The notes below the pieces were generated by a model that was given only the letters and a program-made list of their open reading frames with translations, was not told where the DNA came from and did no database searches. A stretch of 64,000 nucleotides of DNA from assembly GCA_040954595.2 (NCBI GenBank), contig CM082598.2:10245779-10309778 (forward strand), given 5' to 3'. This document shows, in pieces, positions 25,740 through 39,277 of this stretch. The number at the start of each line of letters is the position of its first letter. Position 1 is the stretch's first letter. Made by a program: the position numbers and the translations under genes. Source of the stretch: Balanoglossus misakiensis (lineage: Eukaryota > Animalia > Hemichordata).

Positions 25740-27942
25740 TGCTATGAGCAATACTCCGTTGCGTTTACTGTCAGAGATGTATCTGCAACAACTCGATTTA
25801 ATTCAGAAATTTGCGAAAACAAAATGAATGATGCCAACATTGCGCTCCGAAAAATAGCAACATCTCATCCGACATTGTTACTCAGGTAAGCAAATAAGTA
25901 TGTCCAATCACACCAAAGTATTGCAAGCTGGGCATCTATGCAAGAATTCACAAAAGGTTATCATTCCTGAATTTGACTTGCAACAGTAGTTCGATAGTTA
26001 GCCAAATTTCACTGTAACATGTCATTTGTGGTCAGTCTTGACTGGTGTAGCATGCTGGCCTGGTATGCCTTACCCATTCCAGACACCTGGTACCACCACT
26101 TAAAAGTGGTTCAAGATGATCCTGTTGACATTATCATTCTTTCTCATATTTTTGGACATGGTAATTAGCTTACCTTGAATGATATTGATTATTGGACCTG
26201 ATTTGATGCCCTATTTATCTCATTTTCAAATTTCAGACAAATGGCCATGATTTCAGCCGCTTTGAAAGGACGCGTTCATTTGACGTTTCCCGAGTTCTGA
26301 TCTCGCCACCACCTTCTCTTCTTCTCGCACATTCTCGGCTTTTTCAACCTCATCAGGGTAAGAACTCACTACACAATTACCGGGCTATAGTCCTGTAGCC
26401 TTTTCACGGCCATCACAAACATTTTAACTATTAACGCTTTTGCTTAAACTATGACTGCATTGATATACCAAGGGGAACCCCGGTAAAATGACTGAGTAAC
26501 CACGGTAACATTTACCTTGGTACCGCACAGTATGCATATGAGTACAATGTATGTGTGTTAATGTATATGCATCGTGTATGCCTATCCGTAAACTCATTTA
26601 AATGGACCACCATGTTGTACCATACTGTTGAAAAAGGCAGCTACATGTATTGGAGCTTTAGTAATAATTGAAATACATGTAATGTGGAACAATTCTTCCT
26701 TTTCGTATACTGATTACCGCTTACTCCATGTTTACATAGTGATCTGTGTAACTACTACCCTGACCTGCCTGCGTCGCACTGCCCAGCAGAAGTGCCAAGG
26801 ATTCCCAGGCCAATGTCACTATGGCAACCCAGGTCTCAAGGGGGTCAAGCATGGGTGCATTCAATGGTATGGCCTCCTCATCGACCTCGGCCCACTGGTC
26901 AAAGTAGGACGTCACACCACTCAAAATGAAACTGGGTTCCGACAGTAGTCTTGAAGGTGAATTTTTCATTCCTTATTTTTGCAGAACATGTATTTAATGC
27001 ACTTGTCACTATTGCAAAAAGTAAGCGTTCACAAAATTTATGTCCAAATGTGCAAGAATCCTGTGTTTGAGTCAAGCTGAATAGCCAGAATACATGTCAA
27101 ACATAAGTCTACCACAGGGCGCCCTACATGTCATGTGATAATTCTATGGAGATTCAACCTCATTGCTGGATATGCCATGGGCACTCAAGTGAAAAAGTTT
27201 GTAAAGGCTGCCGACAAGCACTATTACGTACTCAACCCAGTCTATTGTCTCATTTTGATCATCGACGAATGGTATGACTTGCAACAGACATAATTATTAA
27301 TGAGTATGAATTTTAATAAGCAATCTGTACTCTTATCTGGGCAGAATCCTGAGCCTGCAAACCAGATTAAATTTGACAGAAACTACATCAAAGTCGGTGC
27401 AGATTTGAGAGGTTGTTGTTGTTTTTTTACAGAGATACTTGAAGGGCTTCAAGAATTGGACGACATTTCCAAACGGAAAGTGGATATCTTGCATTATTTC
27501 ACGGTAAGTTTACTCTGAAGTTTTGTCACTTTCACAGCCAAGACTTGGTTCAGTTCCAAAGCTTGAGTGATTCGGGCATTGCTTGAAGACCTGCATAAGT
27601 GTCATTTGAGAGTTCTGAATTCAACAAAACCACTAACCAAAGTTTTCCTTAGAAACTAGGAATATTGTAAGTGAAATTCAATTGAATCATGTGGCTGTCG
27701 AACATTGGTCCCAACAATAACGACGAACACAATACGATAGAATTTTTACTCAATGACTTTCTGGCCTCATTTTCGCATCGTCTTGGAAGGGCAAATGAAA
27801 AAGGCATATCGATTATTGGTACTCCACTTATTAGACTTTCCACTGTTTGTCAACAGCACTGCCAAGGAACTCCTGCCAGCCATCATTGATTGTCTGGATA
27901 GTAGTGCCCAGAGTGTCGTCAATGTAGCTTTACAACATCTAC
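25740..27942 (+). pseudogene. INTS1: INTS1 cassette with A-B fusion and exon C deletion
   Basis: Second 2261-bp type unit. Confidence 0.85.
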
Positions 27943-27996
27943 GCAAAACAAAACTCTTTTTTTTTTGGCCTAACTTAATATATTTGTTTATTTCAG

Positions 27997-30762
27997 TGCT
28001 ATGAGCAATACTCCGTTGCGTTTACTGTCAGAGATGTATCTGCAACAACTCGATTTAATTCAGAGTGTCAGAAAAAGTGACTTGCTGGTCAAGAATGCAA
28101 ACAGTGTCAGTCAGAGTGTCACACAGGTGAGAGATTTTTTCTTTTTTTTTTACACACGGGTTAGACGTGGGCATTGCAGAGAGGGCAGCACCAATTTCAT
28201 AAATGTGCGTAGCAGTAAATACAGACTGCCTTTGCTTCCTTCCATATTTCATGCACACCGTGTAAGTAGACTTTACCTAATTGTGTCCCTTCTTTTCACC
28301 CAATTTTCTGTCTTTTCCTGATCTCCAACACAGACTATGGTTGCCACCATCTTGTCTGTTGTTAGGACAGCACACTGCCTTATTGTGTTGACTGTGTGCA
28401 GTTTTTGTAACCAGAGCCTCTTGTTTGACACATGCGGGTAAGACGATTGTCACCCTTTAAGTGTCTTGGTTGATATTTGTTTCAGTTCAATGTGTTGACC
28501 CACAGTTTATTGTTGACGTTGGCCGCAACAAAAGCTGGACGAAATTGCGAAAACAAAATGAATGATGCCAACATTGCGCTCCGAAAAATAGCAACATCTC
28601 ATCCGACATTGTTACTCAGGTAAGCAAATAAGTATGTCCAATCACACCAAAGTATTGCAAGCTGGGCATCTATGCAAGAATTCACAAAAGGTTATCATTC
28701 CTGAATTTGACTTGCAACAGTAGTTCGATAGTTAGCCAAATTTCACTGTAACATGTCACTTGTGGTCAGTCTTGACTGGTGGAGCATGCTGGCCTGGTAT
28801 GCCTTACCCATTCCAGACACCTGGTACCACCACTTAAAAGTGGTTCAAGATGATCCTGTTGACATTATCATTCTTTCTCATATTTTTGGACATGGTAATT
28901 AGCTTACCTTGAATGATATTGATTATTGGACCTGATTTGATGCCCTATTTATCTCATTTTCAAATTTCAGACAAATGGCCATGATTTCAGCCGCTTTGAA
29001 AGGACGCGTTCATTTGACGTTTCCCGAGTTCTGATCTCGCCTCCACCGTCTCTTCTTCTCGCACATTCTCGGCTTATTGGAGTTGCTTCAACCGTACGTC
29101 TTCCAGCAGGATACAGAACTGCTACACACAACAATGACATCTTATTTCCACCTCATCAGGGTAAGAACTCACTACACAATTATATAGTCCTGTAGCCTTT
29201 TCATGGCCATCACAAACATTTTAACTATTAACGCTTTTGCTTAAACTATGACTGCATTGATATACCAAGGGGAACCCCGGTAAAATGACTGAGTAACCAC
29301 GGTAACATTTACCTTGGTACCGCACAGTATGCATATGAGTACAATGTATGTGTGTTCATGTATATGCATTGTGTATGCCTATCCGAAAACTCATTTAAAT
29401 GGACCATTATGTTGTACCATACTGTTGAAAAAGGGCGCTACATGTATTGGAGCTTTAGTAATAATTGAAATACATGTAATGTGGAACAATTCTTCCTTTT
29501 TGTATACTGATTACCGCTTACTCCATGTTTACATAGTGATATGTGTAACTACTACCCTGACCTGTCCATATTTGAAGGCCCTAGTTGCCAGCGTCGCACT
29601 GCCCAGCAGAAGTGCCAAGGATTCCCAGGCCAATGTCACTATGGCAACCCAGGTCTCAAGGGGGTCAAGCATGGGTGCATTCAATGGTATGGCCTCCTCA
29701 TCGACCTCGGCCCACTGGTCAAAGTAGGACGTCACACCACTCAAAATGAAACTGGGTTCCGACAGTAGTCTTGAAGGTGAATTTTTCATTCCTTATTTTT
29801 GCAGAACATGTATTTAATGCACTTGTCACTATTGCAAAAAGTAAGCGTTCACAAAATTTATGTCCAAATGTGCAAGAATCCTGTGTTTGAGTCAAGCTGA
29901 ATAGCCAGAATACATGTCAAACATAAGTCTACCACAGGGCGCCCTACATGTCATGTGATAATTCTATGGAGATTCAACCTCATTGCTGGATATGCCATGG
30001 GCACTCAAGTGAAAAAGTTTGTAAAGGCTGCCGACAAGCACTATTACGTACTCAACCCAGTCTATTGTCTCATTTTGATCATCGACGAATGGTATGACTT
30101 GCAACAGACATAATTATTAATGAGTATGAATTTTAATAAGCAATCTGTACTCTTATCTGGGCAGAATCCTGAGCCTGCAAACCAGATTAAATTTGACAGA
30201 AACTACATCAAAGTCGGTGCAGATTTGAGAGGTTGTTGTTGTTTTTTTACAGAGATACTTGAAGGGCTTCAAGAATTGGACGACATTTCCAAACGGAAAG
30301 TGGATATCTTGCATTATTTCACGGTAAGTTTACTCTGAAGTTTTGTCACTTTCACAGCCAAGACTTGGTTCAGTTCCAAAGCTTGAGTGACTTGGGCATT
30401 GCTTGAAGACCTGCATAAGTGTCATTTGAGAGTTCTGAATTCAACAAAACCACTAACCAAAGTTTTCCTTAGAAACTAGGAATATTGTAAGTGAAATTCA
30501 ATTGAATCATGTGGCTGTCGAACATTGGTCCCAACAATAACGACGAACACAATACGATAGAATTTTTACTCAATGACTTTCTGGCCTCATTTTCGCATCG
30601 TCTTGGAAGGGCAAATGAAAAAGGCATATCGATTATTGGTACTCCACTTATTAGACTTTCCACTGTTTGTCAACAGCACTGCCAAGGAACTCCTGCCAGC
30701 CATCATTGATTGTCTGGATAGTAGTGCCCAGAGTGTCGTCAATGTAGCTTTACAACATCTAC
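27997..30762 (+). pseudogene. INTS1: INTS1 cassette, exons A-F (2820 type)
   Basis: Near-identical to the reference copy. Confidence 0.88.
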
Positions 30763-30816
30763 GCAAAACAAAACTCTTTTTTTTTTGGCCTAACTTAATA
30801 TATTTGTTTATTTCAG

Positions 30817-33582
30817 TGCTATGAGCAATACTCCGTTGCGTTTACTGTCAGAGATGTATCTGCAACAACTCGATTTAATTCAGAGTGTCAGAAAAAGTGA
30901 CTTGCTGGTCAAGAATGCAAACAGTGTCAGTCAGAGTGTCACACAGGTGAGAGATTTTTTCTTTTTTTTTTACACACGGGTTAGACGTGGGCATTGCAGA
31001 GAGGGCAGCACCAATTTCATAAATGTGCGTAGCAGTAAATACAGACTGCCTTTGCTTCCTTCCATATTTCATGCACACCGTGTAAGTAGACTTTACCTAA
31101 TTGTGTCCCTTCTTTTCACCCAATTTTCTGTCTTTTCCTGATCTCCAACACAGACTATGGTTGCCACCATCTTGTCTGTTGTTAGGACAGCACACTGCCT
31201 TATTGTGTTGACTGTGTGCAGTTTTTGTAACCAGAGCCTCTTGTTTGACACATGCGGGTAAGACGATTGTCACCCTTTAAGTGTCTTGGTTGATATTTGT
31301 TTCAGTTCAATGTGTTGACCCACAGTTTATTGTTGACGTTGGCCGCAACAAAAGCTGGACGAAATTGCGAAAACAAAATGAATGATGCCAACATTGCGCT
31401 CCGAAAAATAGCAACATCTCATCCGACATTGTTACTCAGGTAAGCAAATAAGTATGTCCAATCACACCAAAGTATTGCAAGCTGGGCATCTATGCAAGAA
31501 TTCACAAAAGGTTATCATTCCTGAATTTGACTTGCAACAGTAGTTCGATAGTTAGCCAAATTTCACTGTAACATGTCACTTGTGGTCAGTCTTGACTGGT
31601 GGAGCATGCTGGCCTGGTATGCCTTACCCATTCCAGACACCTGGTACCACCACTTAAAAGTGGTTCAAGATGATCCTGTTGACATTATCATTCTTTCTCA
31701 TATTTTTGGACATGGTAATTAGCTTACCTTGAATGATATTGATTATTGGACCTGATTTGATGCCCTATTTATCTCATTTTCAAATTTCAGACAAATGGCC
31801 ATGATTTCAGCCGCTTTGAAAGGACGCGTTCATTTGACGTTTCCCGAGTTCTGATCTCGCCTCCACCGTCTCTTCTTCTCGCACATTCTCGGCTTATTGG
31901 AGTTGCTTCAACCGTACGTCTTCCAGCAGGATACAGAACTGCTACACACAACAATGACATCTTATTTCCACCTCATCAGGGTAAGAACTCACTACACAAT
32001 TATATAGTCCTGTAGCCTTTTCATGGCCATCACAAACATTTTAACTATTAACGCTTTTGCTTAAACTATGACTGCATTGATATACCAAGGGGAACCCCGG
32101 TAAAATGACTGAGTAACCACGGTAACATTTACCTTGGTACCGCACAGTATGCATATGAGTACAATGTATGTGTGTTCATGTATATGCATTGTGTATGCCT
32201 ATCCGAAAACTCATTTAAATGGACCATTATGTTGTACCATACTGTTGAAAAAGGGCGCTACATGTATTGGAGCTTTAGTAATAATTGAAATACATGTAAT
32301 GTGGAACAATTCTTCCTTTTTGTATACTGATTACCGCTTACTCCATGTTTACATAGTGATATGTGTAACTACTACCCTGACCTGTCCATATTTGAAGGCC
32401 CTAGTTGCCAGCGTCGCACTGCCCAGCAGAAGTGCCAAGGATTCCCAGGCCAATGTCACTATGGCAACCCAGGTCTCAAGGGGGTCAAGCATGGGTGCAT
32501 TCAATGGTATGGCCTCCTCATCGACCTCGGCCCACTGGTCAAAGTAGGACGTCACACCACTCAAAATGAAACTGGGTTCCGACAGTAGTCTTGAAGGTGA
32601 ATTTTTCATTCCTTATTTTTGCAGAACATGTATTTAATGCACTTGTCACTATTGCAAAAAGTAAGCGTTCACAAAATTTATGTCCAAATGTGCAAGAATC
32701 CTGTGTTTGAGTCAAGCTGAATAGCCAGAATACATGTCAAACATAAGTCTACCACAGGGCGCCCTACATGTCATGTGATAATTCTATGGAGATTCAACCT
32801 CATTGCTGGATATGCCATGGGCACTCAAGTGAAAAAGTTTGTAAAGGCTGCCGACAAGCACTATTACGTACTCAACCCAGTCTATTGTCTCATTTTGATC
32901 ATCGACGAATGGTATGACTTGCAACAGACATAATTATTAATGAGTATGAATTTTAATAAGCAATCTGTACTCTTATCTGGGCAGAATCCTGAGCCTGCAA
33001 ACCAGATTAAATTTGACAGAAACTACATCAAAGTCGGTGCAGATTTGAGAGGTTGTTGTTGTTTTTTTACAGAGATACTTGAAGGGCTTCAAGAATTGGA
33101 CGACATTTCCAAACGGAAAGTGGATATCTTGCATTATTTCACGGTAAGTTTACTCTGAAGTTTTGTCACTTTCACAGCCAAGACTTGGTTCAGTTCCAAA
33201 GCTTGAGTGACTTGGGCATTGCTTGAAGACCTGCATAAGTGTCATTTGAGAGTTCTGAATTCAACAAAACCACTAACCAAAGTTTTCCTTAGAAACTAGG
33301 AATATTGTAAGTGAAATTCAATTGAATCATGTGGCTGTCGAACATTGGTCCCAACAATAACGACGAACACAATACGATAGAATTTTTACTCAATGACTTT
33401 CTGGCCTCATTTTCGCATCGTCTTGGAAGGGCAAATGAAAAAGGCATATCGATTATTGGTACTCCACTTATTAGACTTTCCACTGTTTGTCAACAGCACT
33501 GCCAAGGAACTCCTGCCAGCCATCATTGATTGTCTGGATAGTAGTGCCCAGAGTGTCGTCAATGTAGCTTTACAACATCTAC
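30817..33582 (+). pseudogene. INTS1: INTS1 cassette, exons A-F (2820 type)
   Basis: Near-identical to the reference copy. Confidence 0.88.
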
Positions 33583-33636
33583 GCAAAACAAAACTCTTTT
33601 TTTTTTGGCCTAACTTAATATATTTGTTTATTTCAG

Positions 33637-36402
33637 TGCTATGAGCAATACTCCGTTGCGTTTACTGTCAGAGATGTATCTGCAACAACTCGATTTAATT
33701 CAGAGTGTCAGAAAAAGTGACTTGCTGGTCAAGAATGCAAACAGTGTCAGTCAGAGTGTCACACAGGTGAGAGATTTTTTCTTTTTTTTTTACACACGGG
33801 TTAGACGTGGGCATTGCAGAGAGGGCAGCACCAATTTCATAAATGTGCGTAGCAGTAAATACAGACTGCCTTTGCTTCCTTCCATATTTCATGCACACCG
33901 TGTAAGTAGACTTTACCTAATTGTGTCCCTTCTTTTCACCCAATTTTCTGTCTTTTCCTGATCTCCAACACAGACTATGGTTGCCACCATCTTGTCTGTT
34001 GTTAGGACAGCACACTGCCTTATTGTGTTGACTGTGTGCAGTTTTTGTAACCAGAGCCTCTTGTTTGACACATGCGGGTAAGACGATTGTCACCCTTTAA
34101 GTGTCTTGGTTGATATTTGTTTCAGTTCAATGTGTTGACCCACAGTTTATTGTTGACGTTGGCCGCAACAAAAGCTGGACGAAATTGCGAAAACAAAATG
34201 AATGATGCCAACATTGCGCTCCGAAAAATAGCAACATCTCATCCGACATTGTTACTCAGGTAAGCAAATAAGTATGTCCAATCACACCAAAGTATTGCAA
34301 GCTGGGCATCTATGCAAGAATTCACAAAAGGTTATCATTCCTGAATTTGACTTGCAACAGTAGTTCGATAGTTAGCCAAATTTCACTGTAACATGTCACT
34401 TGTGGTCAGTCTTGACTGGTGGAGCATGCTGGCCTGGTATGCCTTACCCATTCCAGACACCTGGTACCACCACTTAAAAGTGGTTCAAGATGATCCTGTT
34501 GACATTATCATTCTTTCTCATATTTTTGGACATGGTAATTAGCTTACCTTGAATGATATTGATTATTGGACCTGATTTGATGCCCTATTTATCTCATTTT
34601 CAAATTTCAGACAAATGGCCATGATTTCAGCCGCTTTGAAAGGACGCGTTCATTTGACGTTTCCCGAGTTCTGATCTCGCCTCCACCGTCTCTTCTTCTC
34701 GCACATTCTCGGCTTATTGGAGTTGCTTCAACCGTACGCCTTCCAGCAGGATACAGAACTGCTACACACAACAATGACATCTTATTTCCACCTCATCAGG
34801 GTAAGAACTCACTACACAATTATATAGTCCTGTAGCCTTTTCATGGCCATCACAAACATTTTAACTATTAACGCTTTTGCTTAAACTATGACTGCATTGA
34901 TATACCAAGGGGAACCCCGGTAAAATGACTGAGTAACCACGGTAACATTTACCTTGGTACCGCACAGTATGCATATGAGTACAATGTATGTGTGTTCATG
35001 TATATGCATTGTGTATGCCTATCCGAAAACTCATTTAAATGGACCATTATGTTGTACCATACTGTTGAAAAAGGGCGCTACATGTATTGGAGCTTTAGTA
35101 ATAATTGAAATACATGTAATGTGGAACAATTCTTCCTTTTTGTATACTGATTACCGCTTACTCCATGTTTACATAGTGATATGTGTAACTACTACCCTGA
35201 CCTGTCCATATTTGAAGGCCCTAGTTGCCAGCGTCGCACTGCCCAGCAGAAGTGCCAAGGATTCCCAGGCCAATGTCACTATGGCAACCCAGGTCTCAAG
35301 GGGGTCAAGCATGGGTGCATTCAATGGTATGGCCTCCTCATCGACCTCGGCCCACTGGTCAAAGTAGGACGTCACACCACTCAAAATGAAACTGGGTTCC
35401 TACAGTAGTCTTGAAGGTGAATTTTTCATTCCTTATTTTTGCAGAACATGTATTTAATGCACTTGTCACTATTGCAAAAAGTAAGCGTTCACAAAATTTA
35501 TGTCCAAATGTGCAAGAATCCTGTGTTTGAGTCAAGCTGAATAGCCAGAATACATGTCAAACATAAGTCTACCACAGGGCGCCCTACATGTCATGTGATA
35601 ATTCTATGGAGATTCAACCTCATTGCTGGATATGCCATGGGCACTCAAGTGAAAAAGTTTGTAAAGGCTGCCGACAAGCACTATTACGTACTCAACCCAG
35701 TCTATTGTCTCATTTTGATCATCGACGAATGGTATGACTTGCAACAGACATAATTATTAATGAGTATGAATTTTAATAAGCAATCTGTACTCTTATCTGG
35801 GCAGAATCCTGAGCCTGCAAACCAGATTAAATTTGACAGAAACTACATCAAAGTCGGTGCAGATTTGAGAGGTTGTTGTTGTTTTTTTACAGAGATACTT
35901 GAAGGGCTTCAAGAATTGGACGACATTTCCAAACGGAAAGTGGATATCTTGCATTATTTCACGGTAAGTTTACTCTGAAGTTTTGTCACTTTCACAGCCA
36001 AGACTTGGTTCAGTTCCAAAGCTTGAGTGACTTGGGCATTGCTTGAAGACCTGCATAAGTGTCATTTGAGAGTTCTGAATTCAACAAAACCACTAACCAA
36101 AGTTTTCCTTAGAAACTAGGAATATTGTAAGTGAAATTCAATTGAATCATGTGGCTGTCGAACATTGGTCCCAACAATAACGACGAACACAATACGATAG
36201 AATTTTTACTCAATGACTTTCTGGCCTCATTTTCGCATCGTCTTGGAAGGGCAAATGAAAAAGGCATATCAATTATTGGTACTCCACTTATTAGACTTTC
36301 CACTGTTTGTCAACAGCACTGCCAAGGAACTCCTGCCAGCCATCATTGATTGTCTGGATAGTAGTGCCCAGAGTGTCGTCAATGTAGCTTTACAACATCT
36401 AC
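33637..36402 (+). pseudogene. INTS1: INTS1 cassette, exons A-F (2820 type)
   Basis: Near-identical to the reference copy. Confidence 0.88.
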
Positions 36403-36456
36403 GCAAAACAAAACTCTTTTTTTTTTGGCCTAACTTAATATATTTGTTTATTTCAG

Positions 36457-39222
36457 TGCTATGAGCAATACTCCGTTGCGTTTACTGTCAGAGATGTATC
36501 TGCAACAACTCGATTTAATTCAGAGTGTCAGAAAAAGTGACTTGCTGGTCAAGAATGCAAACAGTGTCAGTCAGAGTGTCACACAGGTGAGAGATTTTTT
36601 CTTTTTTTTTTACACACGGGTTAGACGTGGGCATTGCAGAGCGGGCAGCACCAATTTCATAAATGTGCGTAGCAGTAAATACAGACTGCCTTTGCTTCCT
36701 TCCATATTTCATGCACACCGTGTAAGTAGACTTTACCTAATTTTGTCCCTTCTTTTCACCCAATTTTCTGTCTTTTCCTGATCTCCAACACAGACTATGG
36801 TTGCCACCATCTTGTCTGTTGTTAGGACAGCACACTGCCTTATTGTGTTGACTGTGTGCAGTTTTTGTAACCAGAGCCTCTTGTTTGACACATGCGGGTA
36901 AGACGATTGTCACCCTTTAAGTGTCTTGGTTGATATTTGTTTCAGTTCAATGTGTTGACCCACAGTTTATTGTTGACGTTGGCCGCAACAAAAGCTGGAC
37001 GAAATTGCGAAAACAAAATGAATGATGCCAACATTGCGCTCCGAAAAATAGCAACATCTCATCCGACATTGTTACTCAGGTAAGCAAATAAGTATGTCCA
37101 ATCACACCAAAGTATTGCAAGCTGGGCATCTATGCAAGAATTCACAAAAGGTTATCATTCCTGAATTTGACTTGCAACAGTAGTTCGATAGTTAGCCAAA
37201 TTTCACTGTAACATGTCACTTGTGGTCAGTCTTGACTGGTGGAGCATGCTGGCCTGGTATGCCTTACCCATTCCAGACACCTGGTACCACCACTTAAAAG
37301 TGGTTCAAGATGATCCTGTTGACATTATCATTCTTTCTCATATTTTTGGACATGGTAATTAGCTTACCTTGAATGATATTGATTATTGGACCTGATTTGA
37401 TGCCCTATTTATCTCATTTTCAAATTTCAGACAAATGGCCATGATTTCAGCCGCTTTGAAAGGACGCGTTCATTTGACGTTTCCCGAGTTCTGATCTCGC
37501 CTCCACCGTCTCTTCTTCTCGCACATTCTCGGCTTATTGGAGTTGCTTCAACCGTACGCCTTCCAGCAGGATACAGAACTGCTACACACAACAATGACAT
37601 CTTATTTCCACCTCATCAGGGTAAGAACTCACTACACAATTATATAGTCCTGTAGCCTTTTCATGGCCATCACAAACATTTTAACTATTAACGCTTTTGC
37701 TTAAACTATGACTGCATTGATATACCAAGGGGAACCCCGGTAAAATGACTGAGTAACCACGGTAACATTTACCTTGGTACCGCACAGTATGCATATGAGT
37801 ACAATGTATGTGTGTTCATGTATATGCATTGTGTATGCCTATCCGAAAACTCATTTAAATGGACCATTATGTTGTACCATACTGTTGAAAAAGGGCGCTA
37901 CATGTATTGGAGCTTTAGTAATAATTGAAATACATGTAATGTGGAACAATTCTTCCTTTTTGTATACTGATTACCGCTTACTCCATGTTTACATAGTGAT
38001 ATGTGTAACTACTACCCTGACCTGTCCATATTTGAAGGCCCTAGTTGCCAGCGTCGCACTGCCCAGCAGAAGTGCCAAGGATTCCCAGGCCAATGTCACT
38101 ATGGCAACCCAGGTCTCAAGGGGGTCAAGCATGGGTGCATTCAATGGTATGGCCTCCTCATCGACCTCGGCCCACTGGTCAAAGTAGGACGTCACACCAC
38201 TCAAAATGAAACTGGGTTCCTACAGTAGTCTTGAAGGTGAATTTTTCATTCCTTATTTTTGCAGAACATGTATTTAATGCACTTGTCACTATTGCAAAAA
38301 GTAAGCGTTCACAAAATTTATGTCCAAATGTGCAAGAATCCTGTGTTTGAGTCAAGCTGAATAGCCAGAATACATGTCAAACATAAGTCTACCACAGGGC
38401 GCCCTACATGTCATGTGATAATTCTATGGAGATTCAACCTCATTGCTGGATATGCCATGGGCACTCAAGTGAAAAAGTTTGTAAAGGCTGCCGACAAGCA
38501 CTATTACGTACTCAACCCAGTCTATTGTCTCATTTTGATCATCGACGAATGGTATGACTTGCAACAGACATAATTATTAATGAGTATGAATTTTAATAAG
38601 CAATCTGTACTCTTATCTGGGCAGAATCCTGAGCCTGCAAACCAGATTAAATTTGACAGAAACTACATCAAAGTCGGTGCAGATTTGAGAGGTTGTTGTT
38701 GTTTTTTTACAGAGATACTTGAAGGGCTTCAAGAATTGGACGACATTTCCAAACGGAAAGTGGATATCTTGCATTATTTCACGGTAAGTTTACTCTGAAG
38801 TTTTGTCACTTTCACAGCCAAGACTTGGTTCAGTTCCAAAGCTTGAGTGACTTGGGCATTGCTTGAAGACCTGCATAAGTGTCATTTGAGAGTTCTGAAT
38901 TCAACAAAACCACTAACCAAAGTTTTCCTTAGAAACTAGGAATATTGTAAGTGAAATTCAATTGAATCATGTGGCTGTCGAACATTGGTCCCAACAATAA
39001 CGACGAACACAATACGATAGAATTTTTACTCAATGACTTTCTGGCCTCATTTTCGCATCGTCTTGGAAGGGCAAATGAAAAAGGCATATCAATTATTGGT
39101 ACTCCACTTATTAGACTTTCCACTGTTTGTCAACAGCACTGCCAAGGAACTCCTGCCAGCCATCATTGATTGTCTGGATAGTAGTGCCCAGAGTGTCGTC
39201 AATGTAGCTTTACAACATCTAC
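36457..39222 (+). pseudogene. INTS1: INTS1 cassette, exons A-F (2820 type)
   Basis: Near-identical to the reference copy. Confidence 0.88.
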
Positions 39223-39277
39223 GCAAAACAAAACTCTTTTTTTTTTTGGCCTAACTTAATATATTTGTTTATTTCAG

